Of a DNA stretch of 64,000 bases, positions 19,921 to 29,800 are shown piece by piece (the stretch's first letter is position 1; the number at the start of each line of letters is the position of its first letter). A program made the translations under genes and the position numbers. Below the pieces are notes generated by a model. The model did not search any database. It was not told the origin of the DNA and saw only the letters and a list, made by a program, of their open reading frames with translations. The DNA is from Alphaproteobacteria bacterium (GTDB lineage: Bacteria; Pseudomonadota; Alphaproteobacteria; MPNO01): positions 1,952,001 to 2,016,000 of the forward strand of contig CBDFLJ010000002.1 in the NCBI GenBank assembly GCA_965248835.1. The letters are read 5' to 3'.

Positions 19921-19939
19921 GATTGCTTATGAAGCAATC
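19921..19939. promoter_or_regulatory. Candidate repressor operator GATTGCTT-ATG-AAGCAATC
   Basis: Perfect 8-3-8 inverted repeat, AT-rich, 21 nt upstream of the operon start. Confidence 0.6.
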
Positions 19940-20051
19940 TATTCGGATCGCTGCGCGGAGCAAGCGCTAACCCGCCATACCGACTCGATCCGGATGGAAG
20001 ATGCGCTAGTCTCGCCGCCGGTCCGGTGCGCGATCACCTGGGGGGAACGCA

Positions 20052-21128
20052 ATGTCCTGTCTCTCGAAACGGCGATCCTCGAGTCCGTTGCGCTCTTTTT
20101 TGACCTGGACAGTCGGCGCGGCGGCAAGCCTGCTCGTCGCCCTGCCCGCCGCGGTCCCGGCCTTTGCCGGCGGCTCCGCGGTGGTGTTCATCTACCACCG
20201 CTTCGGCGAAAGCGCGTATCCTTCGACCAACACCACGATCGCGCAGCTCCAGGCACACATCCAGGTGCTGACCAGCGGCAGGTTCAACGTCATGCCGCTG
20301 CCGGAAATCGTCGCCGCGATCCGTAGAGGCCGCGATCTGCCGGACCGCACAATCGGCATCAGCATCGACGACGCCTTCAAGTCGCTCTACAACGAAGCCT
20401 GGCCACGCCTGCGCGCGGCGAAGCTTCCCTTCACCGTGTTCATCGCAACCGACCTGACCGAAGGGAAGCATGGCGCCTATATGAACTGGGACCAGGTGCG
20501 CGAGATCGCCGCCAGCCCGCTGGTGACCATCGGCGGCCACACCGCGTCGCACCCGCACATGCCGATGCTGGATGCGCCGAAGAACGCCGCGGAGATCGAG
20601 AAATCGAATGACAGGTTCCAGGCCGAGCTCGGCATGCGACCCGACCTGTTCGCCTATCCTTACGGCGAATACAGCCTAGACATCCGCCGCACGGTCACCG
20701 ATGCCGGATTCGTCGCAGCGTTCGGCCAGCACTCCGGCGTGCTCCATAACGGCGCCGATCCATACTTCCTGCCGCGGTTTGCGATGAACGAAACCTATGG
20801 CAACAAGAACCGCTTCATATTGGCAGCCAACGCCCTGCCGCTGGAGACCAGCGACATCACGCCGCTGGATCCGCTGCTGAGGAAGGCCGACAACCCGCCG
20901 ATTTTCGCGTTCACGGTAAGGGGTGCCGCGCGCAAGTCGGTGGCCTCGATCGCGTGCTACGCATCGGGCCAGGGCCGCACCGACCTGCAGCGCCTCGGCC
21001 CGGATCGGGTCCAGGTCCGGGTCGCCGACGCATTCCCGGCCGGCCGCGCCCGGATCAACTGCACCATGCCGGCTCGCGAGGGCCGATGGCGCTGGTTCGG
21101 CATGCAGTTCTACGTCCCGAAACCGTAG
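20052..21128 (+). CDS. Polysaccharide deacetylase family (NodB-like), exported
   Basis: Signal-like N-terminus, YHRFGE, ISIDDAF, GGHTASHPHM, FAYPYGE. Confidence 0.88.
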   Translation: MSCLSKRRSSSPLRSFLTWTVGAAASLLVALPAAVPAFAGGSAVVFIYHRFGESAYPSTNTTIAQLQAHIQVLTSGRFNVMPLPEIVAAIRRGRDLPDRTIGISIDDAFKSLYNEAWPRLRAAKLPFTVFIATDLTEGKHGAYMNWDQVREIAASPLVTIGGHTASHPHMPMLDAPKNAAEIEKSNDRFQAELGMRPDLFAYPYGEYSLDIRRTVTDAGFVAAFGQHSGVLHNGADPYFLPRFAMNETYGNKNRFILAANALPLETSDITPLDPLLRKADNPPIFAFTVRGAARKSVASIACYASGQGRTDLQRLGPDRVQVRVADAFPAGRARINCTMPAREGRWRWFGMQFYVPKP

Positions 21129-21154
21129 CGGTCTCCCACGGCATCACCGCGCAC

Positions 21155-22753
21155 ATGGCAAGCGCAAGACAAGATGGGCGTGTGAAGGATTGCCGGTCCG
21201 TGGCGCGGCTCGCGGTCCTCGTGTTCACGGCGCTGGCATCGGGAGCCGCATGCGCCGGTTCGGCGCCGCCGGATGCGCTGGTCGACCAGGCGATGCGGCG
21301 CTGGGAGGTGCCGGGCCTTGCCTATGCCGTCTTCGAGGACGGGGCGATCGGCAAGGTCGCGACGTTCGGGCTGCGCGATGTCGAGGCCGCGCGTCCCGTG
21401 ACCCGGCGCACGGTCTTCGCGCTGGGATCGATCAGCAAGTCGTTCACGGTCGGCTTGCTCTGGCGGCTCGCCGAGGATGGCCGCCTGGACTGGGACGCGG
21501 CGCCGGCACGCTATGTGGAGGGCTTCCGATTTTCACCGGGACCGCCGGGCAGGCCGGTCACGGTGCGCGACCTCGTTTCCCACCGCAGCGGCTTGCCGCG
21601 CCATGACGCGCTTTGGTACCTCGAAGCCTATAGCGGCGAGGCGCTGCTTTCCCGGATCAGGCACCTGCGCCGCTTCGCCGCACCGGGCGAGGCATTCGAA
21701 TACAGCAACCTTCTGCTGATGCTGGCCGGGCGTGTCGCACGCGCCATTACCGGGACCGCCTGGCGCGAAGCGGTGCCGCGATTTCTCACCCGGCCGTTGG
21801 GGATGTCACGAATCCGGATCAGCTATCGGGCTTTCCTCGCTGCCGGCATCGAGCGCGCTCGGGGCTATTACCCCGCCGATGACGGACGGACCGCGATCCC
21901 CGTGCGAAACACCGACCCGATCGCGCCGGCAGCAGCGATCTATGCCGATATCGAAGATGCCGCGCGCTGGCTTGCAATGCTGGCCGGCCGCGGCCGCATC
22001 GGCGACCGCCGGGTGCTGTCGAGGACCTCCGTCGAGGCGATGTGGAGGCCCGCAAGCGTCGCGCTCGGACCAGCCTCGGCGCCCGAACTCGATCCGGTGC
22101 GCTACGGCATGGGATTCTACCTGACGCTCTACCGGGCGCGGCAACTCGTCTACCACCCCGGTGTGATCGACGGCTATGCCGCGCTGATTGCGATCCTGCC
22201 GGAGACCGGCTTCGGGGTCATCGTGCTGACCAACCGGTCGGGCGCCAACCCGGTGCCGGCGATCCTGGTCTACGCGGCGCTCGACCGCCATCTGGGCAAG
22301 CAACCGATCGATTGGATCGCACGCTATCGGAGTGCCGCTCAGCGCCGGAAAGACCGCGCCCGGGAGCGCGCGGACAAAGACCTTCAACTCGCCCACCGCC
22401 GCCGGGAGCTCGCGCCCCGGCACTCCTACGCCGCTTCCGCCTATGCCGGGACGTACCGCCATCCGGCCTACGGCGCGATCGTTGTGTCGGTGCTGGGAAC
22501 GGACAGGCTCGCCGGGCGCATGCACGGGCGCGCCTTCGCGCTCGAACGATGGGGCGCGCTGCGGTGGCGCCTCACCGAGACCCATTGGCCGTTGCGCGAA
22601 GGGCTGATTTTCGATTTCACGCCGGGCGATGGATCAGCAATGCGTTCGCTGGCCGCAGCGATTGCAGATGGCCCGACCTATCGCCACAACCCGGGACCCT
22701 TGCATTTCGAACGGATTCCGCGAGAAAGCGATCGAAACATCCCGCCGCCGTGA
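21155..22753 (+). CDS. Serine hydrolase (beta-lactamase/AmpC fold) with C-terminal extension
   Basis: SISK (SxxK), FEYSN, HPGVIDGY, YAGTYRHPAYG; start uncertain. Confidence 0.85.
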   Translation: MASARQDGRVKDCRSVARLAVLVFTALASGAACAGSAPPDALVDQAMRRWEVPGLAYAVFEDGAIGKVATFGLRDVEAARPVTRRTVFALGSISKSFTVGLLWRLAEDGRLDWDAAPARYVEGFRFSPGPPGRPVTVRDLVSHRSGLPRHDALWYLEAYSGEALLSRIRHLRRFAAPGEAFEYSNLLLMLAGRVARAITGTAWREAVPRFLTRPLGMSRIRISYRAFLAAGIERARGYYPADDGRTAIPVRNTDPIAPAAAIYADIEDAARWLAMLAGRGRIGDRRVLSRTSVEAMWRPASVALGPASAPELDPVRYGMGFYLTLYRARQLVYHPGVIDGYAALIAILPETGFGVIVLTNRSGANPVPAILVYAALDRHLGKQPIDWIARYRSAAQRRKDRARERADKDLQLAHRRRELAPRHSYAASAYAGTYRHPAYGAIVVSVLGTDRLAGRMHGRAFALERWGALRWRLTETHWPLREGLIFDFTPGDGSAMRSLAAAIADGPTYRHNPGPLHFERIPRESDRNIPPP

Positions 22754-22760
22754 GCGCGCC

Positions 22761-23270
22761 TCAGGCGAGCGGGCGCATTTTCAGCTTCATGCCGACGACC
22801 TTGTAGATATCGAGCCCGGTCAGGGTGACGATCTCGTTCAACGGCAGTCTGGTCTCGCTCAGCAGCACCCGGGCAAAGCTTTGCGAATCCCGTTTCCGGC
22901 CGTTGTAGCGCTGGCTGACATGAAAGTCGGCGCCGCTTCTTTCGCTCCGTGCCGCGGCGCGGCGATCAAGCCCGCGTGAGATCGCATCGCGCAATGCGCG
23001 TTCGTAGCGCTCCTTGTCCGCCCTCATCCGGGCTTCGGACAGGTTGATGATGTCGGCCATCTCGCGCGCGCTGTACTCGCGCGCCATCTCGCGCAACGGC
23101 GGCGGGTCAGGCTCCGGCTCGGGCGCGCGCGCGGCGTCTTGGAGCGACAATCCGTGCCGGCCGGCGAGCCGCTTCGCGGCAGTCAACGCGTTCGCACGCT
23201 CGCCCGAGAACGGGCTTTCCGCTGCGATCTTCAGGAACGTAAGGAATCTGTCGCGATCGGCCTCGCCCAT
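22761..23270 (-). CDS. Hypothetical protein with DUF2786-like N-terminal helical hairpin
   Basis: FLKIAAESPFSGERANALTAAKRLAGRHGLS pattern; start uncertain (ORF open to 23342). Confidence 0.6.
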   Translation of the reverse strand: MGEADRDRFLTFLKIAAESPFSGERANALTAAKRLAGRHGLSLQDAARAPEPEPDPPPLREMAREYSAREMADIINLSEARMRADKERYERALRDAISRGLDRRAAARSERSGADFHVSQRYNGRKRDSQSFARVLLSETRLPLNEIVTLTGLDIYKVVGMKLKMRPLA

Positions 23271-23499
23271 CGCGCGGCTGTCTCGGGCGGTCTTCCCGTG
23301 CTGGTGGTTCCGTTCCATCACGGCCAGCATACCATATTTCACGGACGGCCCTTGCGCGGAAGAACCGCATTGCGAGCCGCTTGATCACCGGCGTCCGGTT
23401 GCGGCCCGGCCGCGCTTCATCCATTTTCTATCGTTCCTGGCGGTCTGTAGCGACCGCGCATTTCGAACGGATCGGCACGCGGAGCTTCGAGCGACCACC

Positions 23500-24075
23500 A
23501 TGTCCGGCAGCCAGAACCCATCGATCAAGGCCATGAGCGAGTACGGCCCGGTCCTGGTGTTTTTCGCCGCCTACATGCTGGGCGACCTGTTCGTTGCAAC
23601 CGCTTCCCTGATGGCCGCAACGGCGATCGCCCTGGCCGTCTCCTACATCGTGGACAAGCGGGTCCCGATGATGCCGCTGATCACCGCCGCCGTCGTCGGC
23701 GTGTTCGGCGGGCTGACGCTGTGGCTCAACGACGAGACCTTCATCAAGCTCAAGCCGACCATCGTCCAGGGGCTGATCGCCCTGGTCCTGTTCGGCGGGC
23801 TCGCCTGCGGAAGGCCGCTGCTCAAGCCCCTGATGGGTGCGGCCTGGCCGATGAATGAGGAAGGCTGGCGCCGGCTCACCTTGCGCTTTGCGCTGTTCTT
23901 CACGGCGATGGCGGCCCTGAACGAGCTTGTCTGGCGGACCCAGACGACCGATGTCTGGGTCTCGTTCAAGGTCTTCGGGCTGATAGGGCTTACCTTCGCC
24001 TTCAGCCTCGCCCAGTTGCCGCTGCTCAACCGCCACCGCATCCCCGATCGGCCTTCGGACGCCGGCGGCACCTGA
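23500..24075 (+). CDS. yciB: Intracellular septation protein A (YciB/IspZ)
   Basis: EYGPVLVFF, GGLTLWLNDETFIKLKPTI, WVSFKVFG. Confidence 0.92.
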   Translation: MSGSQNPSIKAMSEYGPVLVFFAAYMLGDLFVATASLMAATAIALAVSYIVDKRVPMMPLITAAVVGVFGGLTLWLNDETFIKLKPTIVQGLIALVLFGGLACGRPLLKPLMGAAWPMNEEGWRRLTLRFALFFTAMAALNELVWRTQTTDVWVSFKVFGLIGLTFAFSLAQLPLLNRHRIPDRPSDAGGT

Positions 24076-24143
24076 GCGCGGCTTTGCTCCGCAGCGTTTT
24101 CGCCCTATCTTCCCTTCAGCAACCAGCCAGAAACGGGGATGCC

Positions 24144-24698
24144 ATGTTCATCCAGACCGAGCCCACCCCCAACCCGGCGACGATGAAGTTCCTTCCCGGC
24201 CGGACCATCATGACCGAGGGGACCGCGCATTTCGCCAGTGCGGAGGCGGCCGAGGCGCGCTCGCCGCTGGCAAGCCGGCTGTTCACCGTCGATGGGGTCA
24301 CCGGCGTATTCCTGGGCGCCGATTTCATCAGCATCACCAAGGAGGACGGGCTGGAATGGCATGTCCTCAAGCCGTCTGTCCTGGGCGCGCTGATGGAGCA
24401 CCTGAGCGCCGGCCAGCCGATCCTTCACCCTTTGGAAGACGGAGCGCCGGTCGAGGACGAACCGGACGACGAGGTCGTCGCGCAGATCAAGGAGTTGCTC
24501 GACACTCGCGTGCGGCCGGCCGTGGCCATGGACGGCGGCGACATCGTCTTCCACGGCTTCGAGAACGGCGTGGTCTACCTGCACATGCAGGGCGCGTGCT
24601 CGGGCTGCCCGAGCTCGACGGCAACGCTCAAGATGGGCGTGGAGAACCTGCTCAAGCACTACGTCCCAGAGGTCGCCCGGGTGGAGCCGATCCTCTGA
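24144..24698 (+). CDS. nfuA: NifU/Nfu-type Fe-S carrier
   Basis: MFIQTEPTPNPATMKFLPG, VRPAVAMDGGDI, GACSGCPSS. Confidence 0.9.
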   Translation: MFIQTEPTPNPATMKFLPGRTIMTEGTAHFASAEAAEARSPLASRLFTVDGVTGVFLGADFISITKEDGLEWHVLKPSVLGALMEHLSAGQPILHPLEDGAPVEDEPDDEVVAQIKELLDTRVRPAVAMDGGDIVFHGFENGVVYLHMQGACSGCPSSTATLKMGVENLLKHYVPEVARVEPIL

Positions 24699-24705
24699 GA
24701 ACGGC

Positions 24706-25035
24706 TCAATAGGGCTCCAGCGAGGTGTCGATCCGCTCGGCCCAGGCGTTGATCCCGCCGGCGACATTGGTCGCATTTTCGTAACCGCTGGCGCGCAGCC
24801 ACTGGGTGACCTTGAGGCTGCGGCCGCCGCTGCGGCACAGGACCGCGATCGTACGGTCCTTGGGCAGTTCGGCCACCCGTTCGGGCACCGTTCCCATCGG
24901 GATGTCGATACTGCCCGACAGCGCAATTATCGCCAGCTCATGTGGCTCGCGCACGTCGAGCAGGGCGTGGTCCTCGCCGTCGCGGCGCATGCGGTCGAGG
25001 TCCTCGACGGTGATTTCCAGCGGCAGGTCGATCAT
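24706..25035 (-). CDS. Single-domain rhodanese
   Basis: LLDVREPHE, CRSGGRS, VAGGINAW. Confidence 0.9.
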   Translation of the reverse strand: MIDLPLEITVEDLDRMRRDGEDHALLDVREPHELAIIALSGSIDIPMGTVPERVAELPKDRTIAVLCRSGGRSLKVTQWLRASGYENATNVAGGINAWAERIDTSLEPY

Positions 25036-25049
25036 CTCGCGGCCTCCGT

Positions 25050-26045
25050 CTAGATCTTCGAGATTTCAAAGGTCGATGGCGCGAACAGGTCCTCGGCGCT
25101 CAGCCTGCGCTCCGACAGGCCCTGATCGAAGGAATACCGGGCCAGCGTGTCGATCTCATGGGCGCATTCCTTGATCCCGTAGCGCCAATAATCCTCGCCC
25201 ATCAGAGCCCGGGTCTCCAGCGCCTCGGCCTCGACCCAGGGAAGGGTCACGTTCAGCGCCGCGATCTGGCGGACCTCCTCGAGCGCGATCTGCTTGGCCT
25301 TCAGCAATGCCTTGTAGAGGCTGCCCGGGAGCCAGGGATATTGTTCGGCCAGCTCTTTCTTGATGCCGACCAGGTGCATGATCGGGAACAGCTTGGTCTT
25401 TTCCCAATAGGCGCGCTCGACCTGTCGGTAGTCGGGGAACAGGCGGGCGATGCCGGGCTTGCCTTCGATGAAGCTCGAGGGTGCACGCGCGGTCAGCAGC
25501 GCATCGAGCTCGCCGGCCTCGAACAGCTCGACCAGGGTCTTGTCTTCCGGGATCGGTTGCAGGTCGACCCCGTTAGTGAGCACCAGCGGGGTGCGCTCGT
25601 CGCGGCCGGGCTCCTCCTGGCCGCCCGAGCGCCAGTGGATGTCGATCGGCTTGACGCCATATTCGTCCTCCAGCATGCCGCGCATCCACACCGGTGCGGT
25701 CATCTGGTATTCCGGCACGCCGACGGTCCTGCCCCGCAGGTCTTCAGGCTTCTCGATGCCGCGGTCGGTGCGGATATAGATCCCCGAATGGCGAAAGACG
25801 CGGCTGACGAAGGTCGGTATGCCGATGAACGGGCTGGTGCCGCGCGAGGTGACGATCATGTAGCTGGAGAACGACAGCTCGCAGGCGTCGAACTCCTGGT
25901 AGCGGAAGGCGCGGAAGAAGACCTCTTCGGGTTCCATCGGGATGAAGGTGACTTCGCAGCCCTCGACCTCGACCCGGCCGTCCTTGATCGCGGCAACCCG
26001 GTCGTAGTCGCCGCATGCGATGGTGAGCGGCACCTTGCTGGTCAT
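25050..26045 (-). CDS. 4,5-dihydroxyphthalate decarboxylase-like (PBP2-fold) protein, paralog 1
   Basis: LTIACGDYDR, ELSFSSY, RVFRHS, GVPEYQMTA, FPIMHLV, YG; no signal peptide. Confidence 0.8.
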   Translation of the reverse strand: MTSKVPLTIACGDYDRVAAIKDGRVEVEGCEVTFIPMEPEEVFFRAFRYQEFDACELSFSSYMIVTSRGTSPFIGIPTFVSRVFRHSGIYIRTDRGIEKPEDLRGRTVGVPEYQMTAPVWMRGMLEDEYGVKPIDIHWRSGGQEEPGRDERTPLVLTNGVDLQPIPEDKTLVELFEAGELDALLTARAPSSFIEGKPGIARLFPDYRQVERAYWEKTKLFPIMHLVGIKKELAEQYPWLPGSLYKALLKAKQIALEEVRQIAALNVTLPWVEAEALETRALMGEDYWRYGIKECAHEIDTLARYSFDQGLSERRLSAEDLFAPSTFEISKI

Positions 26046-26181
26046 CCTCGCCTCCCCTGCCCGGTTCAGACCGGCCGAAACTACATTCCCCGTGCGGTGG
26101 CTGCAAACCGGCACGCCGCCCGCAAAAGGCGAAGCTCGAGCGGGACGATGGTTCGCCGCTGAACGTGCCGGCGCGGCGGCG

Positions 26182-26646
26182 TCAGGGCTGTGCGCGGATG
26201 TGCGGTCCGAGATCGGCGAGATCGGCGTCGGTCTTGAACCCGGCGGCGCGAATGCCGAAGGCGACGAGTTCTTCGTCCTCCTCCTCGGTGGCGCCGGTGA
26301 CGCCGACGGCACCGAGAATGTTGCCGTCATCGTCGCGGATCAGCTCGCCGCCGCCGACCATGAACATCTTTTGCTCGCCAACGAAGGCCTGGACCTGGGC
26401 GACGAACTCCGGGCCTTGCTTCTGCCGCTCCCGCACCAGGGCGGAAGACCGACCCAACGCCAGCGAGGCGACGGCCTTGCCCAAGGCCATCTCGATGCGC
26501 GCCTGGGAGCAGCCGTCCTCACGCTGGGCCGACTTGATCCTGGCGCCGATGTCGGTGACCACCACGCAGAGCGGCCTGAGGTTCATCGCCCTGCCCTTGT
26601 CGAGAATGGGCACGATGATGGCGTTCGATCTCTCGAGGCTGAGCAT
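26182..26646 (-). CDS. GlcG/HbpS heme-binding family protein
   Basis: VVVTDIG, REDG, ALGKA, GGG...ILGAVGVTG...ED. Confidence 0.85.
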   Translation of the reverse strand: MLSLERSNAIIVPILDKGRAMNLRPLCVVVTDIGARIKSAQREDGCSQARIEMALGKAVASLALGRSSALVRERQKQGPEFVAQVQAFVGEQKMFMVGGGELIRDDDGNILGAVGVTGATEEEDEELVAFGIRAAGFKTDADLADLGPHIRAQP

Positions 26647-26661
26647 CGCCGCGCGGATCCG

Positions 26662-27057
26662 CTAGGACAGGACCGCGATGGCGTTGATCTCGATCAGGTA
26701 GTCGGGCGAGACCATCTTCGTCACCTCGACCATGGTCGATGCCGGCGCCGGTGCCTTGAAATATTCGCGGCGGACTTTGTGGATCAGGTCGAAATGCTCG
26801 ATATTGCGCACGAACACGTCGACGCGGCAGATGTCGTCGAGCGTGCCGCCGGCAGCTTCGACGGCGGATTTCAGGTTCTCGCACACCTGCCGGGTCTGGG
26901 CCTCGACATCGCCGATGCCGGCAATCGATCCGTCGGGCAGGCGGGCGGTCATGCCGGAGATGAAGACGAACCGGCCGGTGCCCTCGACCGCGATCGCCTG
27001 GGAGAAATGACCGATCGGCGCGCCGACCTCGCCGGTGGTGATCTGTTCCCTGGGCAT
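26662..27057 (-). CDS. RidA/YjgF family protein
   Basis: FSQA, FISG, AQTRQV, R..YF...PASTMVEV, LIEINAIA. Confidence 0.9.
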   Translation of the reverse strand: MPREQITTGEVGAPIGHFSQAIAVEGTGRFVFISGMTARLPDGSIAGIGDVEAQTRQVCENLKSAVEAAGGTLDDICRVDVFVRNIEHFDLIHKVRREYFKAPAPASTMVEVTKMVSPDYLIEINAIAVLS

Positions 27058-27081
27058 CGTTGCTCTGCCTCCGTTGCGAAT

Positions 27082-28071
27082 CTAGACCTTGAAGCTGCTC
27101 TGAACCTCTGGCGGGAACAGATCCTCTACCGTGAGATGGCGGCGGCACACGCCCTGCTCGAAGCCGTATTGAAGAAACGCTTCGAGCGTGGTGCGGTTCG
27201 CCTCCATGCCGTAGGGAAAGAAGTCCTCGCCGAACAGATCCCTGGCGCGCTCGGCCGCCTCGTAGCACCAGGCGAAGGGAAACCGCGTCGCGGTGATTTC
27301 GCGCGCCCGGGCGATGGCATTCGCCTTGGCCTTCTCGAAGGCGCGCAACAGGTTCATCGCGACCCAGCGGTTGGCCTCGAACATTTCGGCGCGCAGGGCG
27401 ATGACATGCATGATCGGAAAGATGCCGGTCTCGCGGTAATAGGCTTCCTCGACCTGTCGGTAGTCGGGGTAGAGCTGGACGATCTCGCCGGTGCCGTCCT
27501 CGAACGGGCCGGGCGGGTGGGCCGACATCACCGCGTCGAGGTCGCCTTCCATCAGCATCCCGGTCAGGCTGCGCTCGGGCTCGTTGCGGTAGCGCACGCC
27601 CTCGGGCAGACGCAAATCGACCTTCTCGACCCGGCCGGGCTGGTTGACGCCGGCCTGGACCCATTCGATCTCCTGGAGCGGAATGCCGATCTGGTGAACC
27701 AGCCATCCGCGGGTGTAGATCGATGCCGTCTGCGCCCATTCCGGAATGCCGATCCGCTTGCCGGCGAGCCCCGATGCGTCCCTGATCGGGCTGCCGGCGC
27801 GCACGAACAGCGAGGACTGGCGAAACACCCGGGAAGGGAAGACCGGGATCGCCGTGATCGAGGCATCGTCCTGGGACTTCAGCGCGATGTACTTGCCCAT
27901 CGACATTTCCGAGACGTCCCATTCCCGGAACTTGGTGAACCGGTAGAAAATCTCCTCGATCGTCAGGCGCAAACAGTTGAGATCGACGCCCTCGACCGGG
28001 ACCAGCCCGCTGGTCAGGTCGTCGAAATGCGCGTATTCGCTCGCGGCGAAGGTAAGCGGGAGCCGGCTCAT
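27082..28071 (-). CDS. 4,5-dihydroxyphthalate decarboxylase-like (PBP2-fold) protein, paralog 2
   Basis: WDVSEMS, PVFPSRVFR, IGIPEWAQTA, IFPIMHVI, FPYGMEANRTTL. Confidence 0.82.
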   Translation of the reverse strand: MSRLPLTFAASEYAHFDDLTSGLVPVEGVDLNCLRLTIEEIFYRFTKFREWDVSEMSMGKYIALKSQDDASITAIPVFPSRVFRQSSLFVRAGSPIRDASGLAGKRIGIPEWAQTASIYTRGWLVHQIGIPLQEIEWVQAGVNQPGRVEKVDLRLPEGVRYRNEPERSLTGMLMEGDLDAVMSAHPPGPFEDGTGEIVQLYPDYRQVEEAYYRETGIFPIMHVIALRAEMFEANRWVAMNLLRAFEKAKANAIARAREITATRFPFAWCYEAAERARDLFGEDFFPYGMEANRTTLEAFLQYGFEQGVCRRHLTVEDLFPPEVQSSFKV

Positions 28072-28790
28072 CAGCGGATCAGCGCATCGCCGGCTTCGCA
28101 GATGCCGTTCCAGTAGTTTTCCCAGACCATCAGATTGACCCGGCACGCCTCGACGACGGCATCCTCCATGCCGAGATCGGCGGCATAGTTGGCGACCGCG
28201 TTCCAGCCGATATCGGAATGCTCCATATCGGCCTCGTGGTGCAGCTTGAAGAAGTTGAGTTGCTCGTCGGACAGCCCGAAAGCCTCGCGCCAGCGCCGCC
28301 GCTCGACCCCCAGCCAGCCAATCTCGCGGAGTTCGCCGCCGCCGTAGCCCGGCAGCGCCGAGCGCTCGGCGCAGGTATTGGCGACCAGCCCCTCCAGCCA
28401 GTGCCGGTTGCTCATCAACGCCTCCCAGGCGAGCCAACTCAGCCGGGTGCTGGGCAGCAGCGGGGCGGCGCGGATCTCCTCGCGGTCCATCCCGAGCGCC
28501 ACACCCAGGTCCTCGACGATCTCCCAATGCGGCCGACCGCCGCCATACTCGTGGTCGGCGATGATCTCCTGGCTGCAGGCGTGGATGATATCGAGCTTGA
28601 TATCCCATTCCGGGCAGTTGGTCGCGACCCTGAGCTTGAGGACCGAGTTGCGATGCCGCGTGTTCTGGCGATGCTGCATGACGAACATCTTCGCCCGGCC
28701 GATATTCGTCTCCTCGTTGTAGATGCGGTTGCGGCTGGAGAAGTCATCGACCACCTGGTCGAGCCGTTCGATGACGTCGGACTTGCTCAT
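28071..28790 (-). CDS. Heme-oxygenase-like diiron (HDO; CADD/PqqC-fold) redox enzyme
   Basis: NCP, QE..ADHE....PH, AER, FFKLHHEADMEH. Confidence 0.8.
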   Translation of the reverse strand: MSKSDVIERLDQVVDDFSSRNRIYNEETNIGRAKMFVMQHRQNTRHRNSVLKLRVATNCPEWDIKLDIIHACSQEIIADHEYGGGRPHWEIVEDLGVALGMDREEIRAAPLLPSTRLSWLAWEALMSNRHWLEGLVANTCAERSALPGYGGGELREIGWLGVERRRWREAFGLSDEQLNFFKLHHEADMEHSDIGWNAVANYAADLGMEDAVVEACRVNLMVWENYWNGICEAGDALIR

Positions 28791-28820
28791 ACGCCTTGAT
28801 TTCCCTTCGTTATGACTGGA

Positions 28821-29744
28821 TCACGGAGCGCGCCAGAAACCGCCCCCGGAGCGGATCCGCTCCTCGGCCACGCGGCGGATGATCCCGTTGACCGCCTGGG
28901 CGGCGTTGGACGGGGCGCCCCGGCCGGCGCTGGCGATATGCAGCGTGCGCGAGATCCGCGGCCGGTCGATGCGCACCGCCCGCAGCCGGCCGCTGCGCAC
29001 CAGGTCCTGAACCGCGCCGTAAGGCAGCACCGTTGCGCCGATACCGGCCGCGACCAGTTCGCGCACGGTGGCCACCGAATCGACCTCGCAGGAGATATGA
29101 AGCGCGACCCCGCGCGCCTCCGCGGCCTGCTCGAGCAGCATGCGTGTGCCGTGCGGCTTGCTTGGCAGGATCATCTGATGGCGGTCGAGCCGGTTGAACG
29201 GCACCCGCACCTCGCTGCGCAACCCGTTCTCCACGGGGACCACCAGGAACAGGTCTTCGGTCAGCAGCGCATGGGTCCGGATACCTTTGACCGCCTCGGG
29301 GTTGTAGGTGAATCCGAGGTCGACGCGCCCCTCATCGAGCCATTTCATGACGTCTTCGCTGAGCCCCTCGACCAGGGTCAGCGCAATGCCGGGAAAGGCG
29401 GCGCTGCATTCCTGGACGATCCGCGTCGCCAGCAGCGCGCTCGCGGTGGGCGTGACGCCGAGCGACAAGCTGCCGCGCGGCGGCCCGGCGAGATCGATGA
29501 CTTCCTGGCGGGCGAGCTCGACCTGGCGCAAGATCACATTGGCGTGCTTCAGCAATGCGAGCCCGGCCTCCGTCGGTTCGACGCCGCGCGAATGCCGCAC
29601 CAGCAACGGCGAGCCAAGCTCGTCCTCCAGCTTCCTGACCTGGAACCCCAAGGCCGGTTGGGCGACGTGAACCCTCTCGGCTGCCTTGGTAAAGCTCTTC
29701 GCCTGGACCACTTCCATGAAATAACGCAATTGACGCACGTCCAT
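28821..29744 (-). CDS. LysR-family regulator (Nac-like)
   Basis: MDVRQLRYF...SFTKAAERVHVAQPALG..VRKLEDELG, RHSRGVEPTEAG. Confidence 0.93.
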   Translation of the reverse strand: MDVRQLRYFMEVVQAKSFTKAAERVHVAQPALGFQVRKLEDELGSPLLVRHSRGVEPTEAGLALLKHANVILRQVELARQEVIDLAGPPRGSLSLGVTPTASALLATRIVQECSAAFPGIALTLVEGLSEDVMKWLDEGRVDLGFTYNPEAVKGIRTHALLTEDLFLVVPVENGLRSEVRVPFNRLDRHQMILPSKPHGTRMLLEQAAEARGVALHISCEVDSVATVRELVAAGIGATVLPYGAVQDLVRSGRLRAVRIDRPRISRTLHIASAGRGAPSNAAQAVNGIIRRVAEERIRSGGGFWRAP

Positions 29745-29800
29745 TGCGCGGCCCTTTGTCCCCGATCCCTTGGCAAAGAATATACGGCCTCGCCCCCGGC

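Noticed and set aside
21155-22753. Bona fide AmpC beta-lactamase
   Set aside because: It has HPG in place of KTG and a C-terminal extension typical of peptidase/esterase relatives.
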